From Eledone cirrhosa (lineage: Eukaryota), in NCBI GenBank assembly GCA_964016885.1, contig OZ024740.1, positions 280,054,001 through 280,118,000 of the forward strand: 64,000 bases of DNA, written 5' to 3'. Of this stretch, positions 1 through 11,600 are shown one piece after another. The notes below the pieces were generated by a model, which did no database searches, was not told where the DNA came from, and saw only the letters and a list, made by a program, of their open reading frames with translations. The position numbers and the translations under genes are program-made. The first letter of the stretch is position 1. Each line of letters begins with the position of its first letter.

Positions 1-1947
1 ACACACATTTGCTGTGTGTGGTGTGATTTTCAAGAAAAGCTGCCCATGCTAAATGCGGAAGCTGAAGTCCACCAGCGAATGCTGTGCTTCGAAGAAACGA
101 ATCACAAAAATGCGAATTTGCCGGCGGAGTTACCTTTTCGATCGTGGGCCGGCCGCCCGTGGTCGGATCGATCTGTAATTACTGGTATATGTGCAGACAC
201 TCATTGGTCGTGTGTGGTGTGATTTTCAAGAAAAGCTGCCCATGCTAAATGCGGAAGCTGCAGTCCACCATCGAATGGTGTGCTTCGAAGAAACGAATCA
301 CAAAAATGCGAATTTGCCGGCGGAGTTACCTTTTCGATCGTGGGCCGGCCGCCTGTGGTCGGATCGATCTGTAATTACTGGTCCATGTGCAGACACACAT
401 TTGCTGTGTGTGGTGTGATTTTCAAGAAAAGCTGCCCATGCTAAATGCGGAAGCTGAAGTCCGCCGGCGAATGGTGTGCTTCGAAGAAAACGAATCCAAA
501 AATGACGATTTGCCGGCGGAGTTACCTTTTCAATCGCGGGCCGGCCGCCCGTGGTCGGATCGATCTGTAATTACTGGTACATGTGCAGACACTCATTGGC
601 TATGTGTGGCGTGAATTTCAAGCAAGATATCTCCGTAAATTCAATAGTTGTGGTTGTGGAACCAAACCGTGTTAAACGTCAACAAAGTCCGCCGGCGAAT
701 GGTGTGCTTCGAAGAAAACGAATCCAAAAATGACGATTTGCCGGCGGAGTTACCTTTTCAATCGCGGGCCGGCCGCCCGTGGTCGGATCGATCTGTAATT
801 ACTGGTACATGTGCAGACACTCATTGGCTATGTGCGGCGTGAATTTCAGCAAGATATCTCCGTAAAATCAATAGTTGTGGCTGTGGAACCAAACCGTGTT
901 AAACGTCAACAAAGTCCGCCGGCGAATGGTGTGCTTCGAAGAAAACGAATCCAAAAATGACGATTTGCCGGCGGAGTTACCTTTAAAATCGCGGGCCGGC
1001 CGCCCGTGGTCGGATCGATCTGTAATTACTGGTACATGTGCAGACACTCATTGGCTATGTGCGGCGTGAATTTCAGCAAGATACCTCCGTAAAATCAATA
1101 GTTGTGGCTGTGGAACCAAACCGTGTTAAACGTCAACAAAGTCCGCCGGCGAATGGTGTGCTTCGAAGAAAACGAATCCAAAAATGACAATTTGCCGGCG
1201 GAGTTACCTTTAAAATCGCGGGCCGGCCGCCCGTGGTCGGATCGATCTGTAATTACTGGTTCATGTGCAGACACTCATTGGCTATGTGCGGCGTGAATTC
1301 CAGCAAGATATCTCCGTAACATCAATAGTTGTGGCTGTGGAACCAAACCGTGTTAAACGTCAACAAAGTCCGCCGGCGAATGGTGTGCTTCGAAGAAAAC
1401 GAATCCAAAAATGACGATTTGCCGGCGGAGTTACCTTTTCAATCGCGGGCCGGCCGCCCGTGGTCGGATCGATCTGTAATTACTGGTATATGTGCAGACA
1501 CTCATTGGTCGTGTGTGGTGTGATTTTCAAGAAAAGCTGCCCATGCTAAATGCGGAAGCTGCAGTCCACCATCGAATGGTGTGCTTCGAAGAAACGAATC
1601 ACAAAAATGCGAATTTGCCGGCGGAGTTACCTTTTCGATCGTGGGCCGGCCGCCTGTGGTCGGATCGATCTGTAATTACTGGTCCATGTGCAGACACACA
1701 TTTGCTGTGTGTGGTGTGATTTTCAAGAAAAGCTGCCCATGCTAAATGCGGAAGCTGAAGTCCGCCGGCGAATGGTGTGCTTCGAAGAAAACGAATCCAA
1801 AAATGACGATTTGCCGGCGGAGTTACCTTTTCAATCGCGGGCCGGCCGCCCGTGGTCGGATCGATCTGTAATTACTGGTACATGTGCAGACACTCATTGG
1901 CTATGTGTGGCGTGAATTTCAGCAAGATATCTCCGTAAATTCAATAG

Positions 1948-4900
1948 TTGTGGCTGTGGAACCAAACCGTGTTAAACGTCAACAAAGTCCGCCGGCGAAT
2001 GGTGTGCTTCGAAGAAAACGAATCCAAAAATGACGATTTGCCGGCGGAGTTACCTTTTCGATCGTGGGCCGGACGCCCGTGGTCGGATCGATCTGTAATT
2101 ACTGGTATATGTGCAGACACACATTTGCTGTGTGTGGTGTGATTTTCAAGAAAAGCTGCCCATGCTAAATGCGGAAGCTGAAGTCCGCCGGCGAATGGTG
2201 TGCTTCGAAGAAAACGAATCCAAAAATGACGATTTGCCGGCGGAGTTACCTTTTCAATCGCGGGCCGGCCGCCCGTGGTCGGATCGATCTGTAATTTCTG
2301 GTAAATGTGCAGACACTCATTGGCTATGTGTGGCGTGAATTTCAGCAAGATATCTCCGTAAATTCAATAGTTGTGGCTGTGGAACCAAACCGTGTTAAAC
2401 GTCAACAAAGTCCGCCGGCGAATGGTGTGCTTCGAAGAAAACGAATCCAAAAATGACGATTTGCCGGCGGAGTTACCTTTTCAATCGCGGGCCGGCCGCC
2501 CGTGGTCGGATCGATCTGTAATTACTGGTACATGTGCAGACACTCATTGGCTATGTGCGGCGTGAATTTCAGCAAGATATCTCCGTAAAATCAATAGTTG
2601 TGGCTGTGGAACCAAACCGTGTTAAACGTCAACAAAGTCCGCCGGCGAATGGTGTGCTTCGAAGAAAACGAATCCAAAAATGACGATTTGCCGGCGGAGT
2701 TACCTTTAAAATCGCGGGCCGGCCGCCCGTGGTCGGATCGATCTGTAATTACTGGTACATGTGCAGACACTCATTGGCTATGTGCGGCGTGAATTCCAGC
2801 AAGATATCTCCGTAACATCAATAGTTGTGGCTGTGGAACCAAACCGTGTTAAACGTCAACAAAGTCCGCCGGCGAATGGTGTGCTTCGAAGAAAACGAAT
2901 CCAAAAATGACGATTTGCCGGCGGAGTTACCTTTTCAATCGCGGGCCGGCCGCCCGTGGTCGGATCGATCTGTAATTACTGGTACATGTGCAGACACTCA
3001 TTGGCTATGTGTGCCGTGAATTTCAGCAAGATATCTCCGTAAAATCAATAGTTGTGGCTGTGGAACCAAACCGTGTTAAACGTCAACAAAGTCCGCCGGC
3101 GAATGGTGTGCTTCGAAGAAAACGAATCCAAAAATGACGATTTGCCGGCGGAGTTACCTTTTCGATCGTGGGCCGGACGCCCGTGGTCGGATCGATCTGT
3201 AATTACTGATATATGTGCAGACACACATTTGCTGTGTGTGGTGTGATTTTCAAGAAAAGCTGCCCATGCTAAATGCGGAAGCTGAAGTCCGCCGGCGAAT
3301 GGTGTGCTTCGAAGAAAACGAATCCAAAAATGACGATTTGCCGGCGGAGTTACCTTTAAAATCGCGGGCCGGCCGCCCGTGGTCGGATCGATCTGTAATT
3401 ACTGGTACATGTGCAGACACTCATTGGCTATGTGCGGCGTGAATTCCAGCAAGATATCTCCGTAACATCAATAGTTGTGGCTGTGGAACCAAACAGTGTT
3501 AAACGTCAACAAAGTCCGCCGGCGAATGGTGTGCTTCGAAGAAAACGAATCCAAAAATGACGATTTGCCGGCGGAGTTACCTTTTCAATCGCGGGCCGGC
3601 CGCCCGTAGTCGGATCGATCTGTAATTACTGGTACATGTGCAGACATTCATTGGCTATGTGCGGCGTGAATTCTAGCAAGATATCTCCGTAACATCAATA
3701 GTTGTGGCTGTGGAACCAAACCGTGTTAAACGTCAACAAAGTCCGCCGGCGAATGGTGTGCTTCGAAGAAAACGAATCCAAAAATGACGATTTGCCGGCG
3801 GAGTTACCTTTTCAATCGCGGGCCGGCCGCCCGTGGTCGGATCGATCTGTAATTTCTGGTACATGTGCAGACACTCATTGGCTATGTGTGGCGTGAATTT
3901 CAGCAAGATATCTCCGTAAATTCAATAGTTGTGGCTGTGGAACCAAACCGTGTTAAACGTCAACAAAGTCCGCCGGCGAATGGTGTGCTTCGAAGAAAAC
4001 GAATCCAAAAATGACGATTTGCCGGCGGAGTTACCTTTTCAATCGCGGGCCGGCCGCCCGTGGTCGGATCGATCTGTAATTACTGGTACATGTGCAGACA
4101 CTCATTGGCTATGTGCGGCGTGAATTTCAGCAAGATATCTCCGTAAAATCAATAGTTGTGGCTGTGGAACCAGACCGTGTTAAACGTCAACAAAGTCCGC
4201 CGGCGAATGGTGTGCTTCGAAGAAAACGAATCCAAAAATGACGATTTGCCGGCGGAGTTACCTTTTCGATCGTGGGCCGGACGCCCGTGGTCGGATCGAT
4301 CTGTAATTACTGATATATGTGCAGACACACATTTGCTGTGTGTGGTGTGATTTTCAAGAAAAGCTGCCCATGCTAAATGCGGAAGCTGAAGTCCGCCGGC
4401 GAATGGTGTGCTTCGAAGAAAACGAATCCAAAAATGACGATTTGCCGGCGGAGTTACCTTTAAAATCGCGGGCCGGCCGCCCGTGGTCGGATCGATCTGT
4501 AATTACTGGTACATGTGCAGACACTCATTGGCTATGTGCGGCGTGAATTCCAGCAAGATATCTCCGTAACATCAATAGTTGTGGCTGTGGAACCAAACAG
4601 TGTTAAACGTCAACAAAGTCCGCCGGCGAATGGTGTGCTTCGAAGAAAACGAATCCAAAAATGACGATTTGCCGGCGGAGTTACCTTTTCAATCGCGGGC
4701 CGGCCGCCCGTGGTCGGATCGATCTGTAATTACTGGTACATGTGCAGACATTCATTGGCTATGTGCGGCGTGAATTCTAGCAAGATATCTCCGTAACATC
4801 AATAGTTGTGGCTGTGGAACCAAACCGTGTTAAACGTCAACAAAGTCCGCCGGCGAATGGTGTGCTTCGAAGAAAACGAATCCAAAAATGACGATTTGCC

Positions 4901-5422
4901 GGCGGAGTTACCTTTTCAATCGCGGGCCGGCCGCCCGTGGTCGGATCGATCTGTAATTACTGGTACATGTGCAGACATTCATTGGCTATGTGCGGCGTGA
5001 ATTCCAGCAAGATATCTCCGTAACATCAATAGTTGTGGCTGTGGAACCAAACCGTGTTAAACGTCAACAAAGTCCGCCGGCGAATGGTGTGCTTCGAAGA
5101 AAACGAATCCAAAAATGACGATTTGCCGGCGGAGTTACCTTTTCAATCGCGGGCCGGCGGCCCGTGGTCGAATCGATCTGTAATTACTGGTACATGTGCA
5201 GACACTCATTGGCTATGTGTGGCGTGAATTTCAGCAAGATATCTCCGTAAAATCAATAGTTGTGGCTGTGGAACCAAACCGTGTTAAACGTCAACAAAGT
5301 CCGCCGGCGAATGGTGTGCTTCGAAGAAAACGAATCCAAAAATGACGATTTGCCGGCGGAGTTACCTTTTCGATCGTGGGCCGGCCGCCCGTGGTCGGAT
5401 CGATCTGTAATTACTGGTATAT
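1948..5422. repeat. Local higher-order repeat, 1104 bp (4A+1B), ~3 copies
   Basis: B-linker ORFs at 2111, 3215, 4319 and 5423 are 1104 bp apart (4x227+196). Private variants such as ACTGATAT, CAAACAGTG and GAATTCTAG recur at this period. Boundaries are approximate. Confidence 0.8.
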
Positions 5423-8125
5423 GTGCAAACACACATTTGCTGTGTGTGGTGTGATTTTCAAGAAAAGCTGCCCATGCTAAATGCGGAAGCTGAAGTCCAC
5501 CAGCGAATGCTGTGCTTCGAAGAAACGAATCACAAAAATGCGAATTTGCCGGCGGAGTTACCTTTTCGATCGTGGGCCGGCCGCCCGTGGTCGGATCGAT
5601 CTGTAATTACTGGTATATGTGCAGACACTCATTGGTCGTGTGTGGTGTGATTTTCAAGAAAAGCTGCCCATGCTAAATGCGGAAGCTGCAGTCCACCATC
5701 GAATGGTGTGCTTCGAAGAAACGAATCACAAAAATGCGAATTTGCCGGCGGAGTTACCTTTTCGATCGTGGGCCGGCCGCCTGTGGTCGGATCGATCTGT
5801 AATTACTGGTCCATGTGCAGACACACATTTGCTGTGTGTGGTGTGATTTTCAAGAAAAGCTGCCCCTGCTAAATGCGGAAGCTGAAGTCCGCCGGCGAAT
5901 GGTGTGCTTCGAAGAAAACGAATCCAAAAATGACGATTTGCCGGCGGAGTTACCTTTTCAATCGCGGGCCGGCCGCCTGTGGTCGGATCGATCTGTAATT
6001 ACTGGTACATGTGCAGACACTCATTGGCTATGTGCGGCGTGAATTTCAGCAAGATATCTCCGTAAAATCAATAGTTGTGGCTGTGGAACCAAACCGTGTT
6101 AAACGTCAACAAAGTCCGCCGGCGAATGGTGTGCTTCGAAGAAAACGAATCCAAAAATGACGATTTGCCGGCGGAGTTACCTTTAAAATCGCGGGCCGGC
6201 CGCCCGTGGTCGGATCGATCTGTAATTACTGGTTCATGTGCAGACACTCATTGGCTATGTGCGGCGTGAATTCCAGCAAGATATCTCCGTAACATCAATA
6301 GTTGTGGCTGTGGAACCAAACCGTGTTAAACGTCAACAAAGTCCGCCGGCGAATGGTGTGCTTCGAAGAAAACGAATCCAAAAATGACGATTTGCCGGCG
6401 GAGTTACCTTTTCAATCGCGGGCCGGCCGCCCGTGGTCGGATCGATCTGTAATTACTGGTATATGTGCAAACACACATTTGCTGTGTGTGGTGTGATTTT
6501 CAAGAAAAGCTGCCCATGCTAAATGCGGAAGCTGAAGTCCACCAGCGAATGCTGTGCTTCGAAGAAACGAATCACAAAAATGCGAATTTGCCGGCGGAGT
6601 TACCTTTTCGATCGTGGGCCGGCCGCCCGTGGTCGGATCGATCTGTAATTACTGGTATATGTGCAGACACTCATTGGTCGTGTGTGGTGTGATTTTCAAG
6701 AAAAGCTGCCCATGCTAAATGCGGAAGCTGCAGTCCACCATCGAATGGTGTGCTTCGAAGAAACGAATCACAAAAATGCGAATTTGCCGGCGGAGTTACC
6801 TTTTCGATCGTGGGCCGGCCGCCTGTGGTCGGATCGATCTGTAATTACTGGTCCATGTGCAGACACACATTTGCTGTGTGTGGTGTGATTTTCAAGAAAA
6901 GCTGCCCCTGCTAAATGCGGAAGCTGAAGTCCGCCGGCGAATGGTGTGCTTCGAAGAAAACGAATCCAAAAATGACGATTTGCCGGCGGAGTTACCTTTT
7001 CAATCGCGGGCCGGCCGCCTGTGGTCGGATCGATCTGTAATTACTGGTACATGTGCAGACACTCATTGGCTATGTGCGGCGTGAATTTCAGCAAGATATC
7101 TCCGTAAAATCAATAGTTGTGGCTGTGGAACCAAACCGTGTTAAACGTCAACAAAGTCCGCCGGCGAATGGTGTGCTTCGAAGAAAACGAATCCAAAAAT
7201 GACGATTTGCCGGCGGAGTTACCTTTAAAATCGCGGGCCGGCCGCCCGTGGTCGGATCGATCTGTAATTACTGGTTCATGTGCAGACACTCATTGGCTAT
7301 GTGCGGCGTGAATTCCAGCAAGATATCTCCGTAACATCAATAGTTGTGGCTGTGGAACCAAACCGTGTTAAACGTCAACAAAGTCCGCCGGCGAATGGTG
7401 TGCTTCGAAGAAAACGAATCCAAAAATGACGATTTGCCGGCGGAGTTACCTTTTCAATCGCGGGCCGGCCGCCCGTGGTCGGATCGATCTGTAATTACTG
7501 GTATATGTGCAAACACACATTTGCTGTGTGTGGTGTGATTTTCAAGAAAAGCTGCCCATGCTAAATGCGGAAGCTGAAGTCCACCAGCGAATGCTGTGCT
7601 TCGAAGAAACGAATCACAAAAATGCGAATTTGCCGGCGGAGTTACCTTTTCGATCGTGGGCCGGCCGCCCGTGGTCGGATCGATCTGTAATTACTGGTAT
7701 ATGTGCAGACACTCATTGGTCGTGTGTGGTGTGATTTTCAAGAAAAGCTGCCCATGCTAAATGCGGAAGCTGCAGTCCACCATCGAATGGTGTGCTTCGA
7801 AGAAACGAATCACAAAAATGCGAATTTGCCGGCGGAGTTACCTTTTCGATCGTGGGCCGGCCGCCTGTGGTCGGATCGATCTGTAATTACTGGTCCATGT
7901 GCAGACACACATTTGCTGTGTGTGGTGTGATTTTCAAGAAAAGCTGCCCATGCTAAATGCGGAAGCTGAAGTCCGCCGGCGAATGGTGTGCTTCGAAGAA
8001 AACGAATCCAAAAATGACGATTTGCCGGCGGAGTTACCTTTTCAATCGCGGGCCGGCCGCCCGTGGTCGGATCGATCTGTAATTACTGGTACATGTGCAG
8101 ACACTCATTGGCTATGTGTGGCGTG
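5423..8125. repeat. Local higher-order repeat, 1042 bp (2A+3B), ~2.5 copies
   Basis: ORF starts at 5423, 6465 and 7507 are 1042 bp apart (2x227+3x196). Variants TGCCCCTG and GGTTCATG repeat at this period. Confidence 0.9.
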
Positions 8126-8612
8126 AATTTCAGCAAGATATCTCCGTAAATTCAATAGTTGTGGCTGTGGAACCAAACCGTGTTAAACGTCAACAAAGTC
8201 CGCCGGCGAATGGTGTGCTTCGAAGAAAACGAATCCAAAAATGACGATTTGCCGGCGGAGTTACCTTTTCAATCGCGGGCCGGCCGCCCGTGGTCGGATC
8301 GATCTGTAATTACTGGTACATGTGCAGACACTCATTGGCTATGTGCGGCGTGAATTTCAGCAAGATATCTCCGTAAAATCAATAGTTGTGGCTGTGGAAC
8401 CAAACCGTGTTAAACGTCAACAAAGTCCGCCGGCGAATGGTGTGCTTCGAAGAAAACGAATCCAAAAATGACGATTTGCCGGCGGAGTTACCTTTAAAAT
8501 CGCGGGCCGGCCGCCCGTGGTCGGATCGATCTGTAATTACTGGTACATGTGCAGACACTCATTGGCTATGTGTGCCGTGAATTTCAGCAAGATATCTCCG
8601 TAAAATCAATAG

Positions 8613-11600
8613 TTGTGGCTGTGGAACCAAACCGTGTTAAACGTCAACAAAGTCCGCCGGCGAATGGTGTGCTTCGAAGAAAACGAATCCAAAAATGACG
8701 ATTTGCCGGCGGAGTTACCTTTTCGATCGTGGGCCGGACGCCCGTGGTCGGATCGATCTGTAATTACTGGTATATGTGCAGACACACATTTGCTGTGTGT
8801 GGTGTGATTTTCAAGAAAAGCTGCCCATGCTAAATGCGGAAGCTGAAGTCCGCCGGCGAATGGTGTGCTTCGAAGAAAACGAATCCAAAAATGACGATTT
8901 GCCGGCGGAGTTACCTTTTCAATCGCGGGCCGGCCGCCCGTGGTCGGATCGATTTGTAATTACTGGTACATGTGCAGACACTCATTGGCTATGTGCGGCG
9001 TGAATTTCAGCAAGATATCTCCGTAAAATCAATAGTTGTGGCTGTGGAACCAAACTGTGTTAAACGTCAACAAAGTCCGCCGGCGAATGGTGTACTTCGA
9101 AGAAAACGAATCCAAAAATGACGATTTGCCGGCGGAGTTACCTTTTCAATCGCGGGCCGGCGGCCCGTGGTCGAATCGATCTGTAATTACTGGTACATGT
9201 GCAGACACTCATTGGCTATGTGTGGCGTGAATTTCAAGAAAAGCTGCCCATGCTAAATGCGGAAGCTGAAGTCCACCAGCGAATGCTGTGCTTCGAAGAA
9301 ACGAATCACAAAAATGCGAATTTGCCGGCGGAGTTACCTTTTCGATCGTGGGCCGGCCGCCCGTGGTCGGATCGATCTGTAATTACTGGTATATGTGCAA
9401 ACACACATTTGCTGTGTGTGGTTTGATTTTCAAGAAAAGCTGCCCATGCTAAATGCGGAAGCTGAAGTCCACCAGCGAATGCTGTGCTTCGAAGAAACGA
9501 ATCACAAAAATGCGAATTTGCCGGCGGAGTTACCTTTTCGATCGTGGGCCGGCCGCCCGTGGTCGGATCGATCTGTAATTACTGGTATATGTGCAGACAC
9601 TCATTGGTCGTGTGTGGTGTGATTTTCAAGAAAAGCTGCCCATGCTAAATGCGGAAGCTGCAGTCCACCATCGAATGGTGTGCTTCGAAGAAACGAATCA
9701 CAAAAATGCGAATTTGCCGGCGGAGTTACCTTTTCGATCGTGGGCCGGCCGCCTGTGGTCGGATCGATCTGTAATATACTGGTCCATGTGCAGACACACA
9801 TTTGCTGTGTGTGGTGTGATTTTCAAGAAAAGCTGCCCATGCTAAATGCGGAAGCTGAAGTCAGCCGGCGAATGGTGTGCTTCGAAGAAAACGAATCCAA
9901 AAATGACGATTTGCCGGCGGAGTTACCTTTTCAATCGCGGGCCGGCCGCCCGTGGTCGGATCGATCTGTAATTACTGGTACATGTGCAGACACTCATTGG
10001 CTATGTGCGGCGTGAATTTCAGCAAGATATCTCCGTAAAATCAATAGTTGTGGCTGTGGAACCAAACCGTGTTAAACGTCAACAAAGTCCGCCGGCGAAT
10101 GGTGTGCTTCGAAGAAAACGAATCCAAAAATGACGATTTGCCGGCGGAGTTACCTTTAAAATCGCGGGCCGGCCGCCCGTGGTCGGATCGATCTGTAATT
10201 ACTGGTACATGTGCAGACACTCATTGGCTATGTGCGGCGTGAATTTCAGCAAGATATCTCCGTAAAATCAATAGTTGTGGCTGTGGAACCAAACCGTGTT
10301 AAACGTCAACAAAGTCCGCCGGCGAATGGTGTGCTTCGAAGAAAACGAATCCAAAAATGACGATTTGCCGGCGGAGTTACCTTTAAAATCGCGGGCCGGC
10401 CGCCCGTGGTCGGATCGATCTGTAATTACTGGTACATGTGCAGACACTCATTGGCTATGTGCGGCGTGAATTCCAGCAAGATATCTCCGTAACATCAATA
10501 GTTGTGGCTGTGGAACCAAACCGTGTTAAACGTCAACAAAGTCCGCCGGCGAATGGTGTGCTTCGAAGAAAACGAATCCAAAAATGACGATTTGCCGGCG
10601 GAGTTACCTTTTCGATCGTGGGCCGGACGCCCGTGGTCGGATCGATCTGTAATTACTGGTATATGTGCAGACACACATTTGCTGTGTGTGGTGTGATTTT
10701 CAAGAAAAGCTGCCCATGCTAAATGCGGAAGCTGAAGTCCGCCGGCGAATGGTGTGCTTCGAAGAAAACGAATCCAAAAATGACGATTTGCCGGCGGAGT
10801 TACCTTTTCAATCGCGGGCCGGCCGCCCGTGGTCGGATCGATTTGTAATTACTGGTACATGTGCAGACACTCATTGGCTATGTGCGGCGTGAATTTCAGC
10901 AAGATATCTCCGTAAAATCAATAGTTGTGGCTGTGGAACCAAACTGTGTTAAACGTCAACAAAGTCCGCCGGCGAATGGTGTACTTCGAAGAAAACGAAT
11001 CCAAAAATGACGATTTGCCGGCGGAGTTACCTTTTCAATCGCGGGCCGGCGGCCCGTGGTCGAATCGATCTGTAATTACTGGTACATGTGCAGACACTCA
11101 TTGGCTATGTGTGGCGTGAATTTCAAGAAAAGCTGCCCATGCTAAATGCGGAAGCTGAAGTCCACCAGCGAATGCTGTGCTTCGAAGAAACGAATCACAA
11201 AAATGCGAATTTGCCGGCGGAGTTACCTTTTCGATCGTGGGCCGGCCGCCCGTGGTCGGATCGATCTGTAATTACTGGTATATGTGCAAACACACATTTG
11301 CTGTGTGTGGTTTGATTTTCAAGAAAAGCTGCCCATGCTAAATGCGGAAGCTGAAGTCCACCAGCGAATGCTGTGCTTCGAAGAAACGAATCACAAAAAT
11401 GCGAATTTGCCGGCGGAGTTACCTTTTCGATCGTGGGCCGGCCGCCCGTGGTCGGATCGATCTGTAATTACTGGTATATGTGCAGACACTCATTGGTCGT
11501 GTGTGGTGTGATTTTCAAGAAAAGCTGCCCATGCTAAATGCGGAAGCTGCAGTCCACCATCGAATGGTGTGCTTCGAAGAAACGAATCACAAAAATGCGA

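Noticed and set aside
452-500. Hammerhead or HDV-like ribozyme in the satellite (CTGAAG...GAAA; GGCCGGC)
   Set aside because: The core reads CTGAAGT rather than CTGANGA, and I could not build the required helices or pseudoknot on either strand. A covariance-model scan would be needed to exclude atypical forms.
875-1101. Tandem tRNA, 5S, snRNA or spliced-leader gene array
   Set aside because: No cloverleaf, no canonical A/B boxes and no recognisable 5S or U snRNA sequence. The Sm-like AATTTCTGG is only a minority variant of AATTACTGG.
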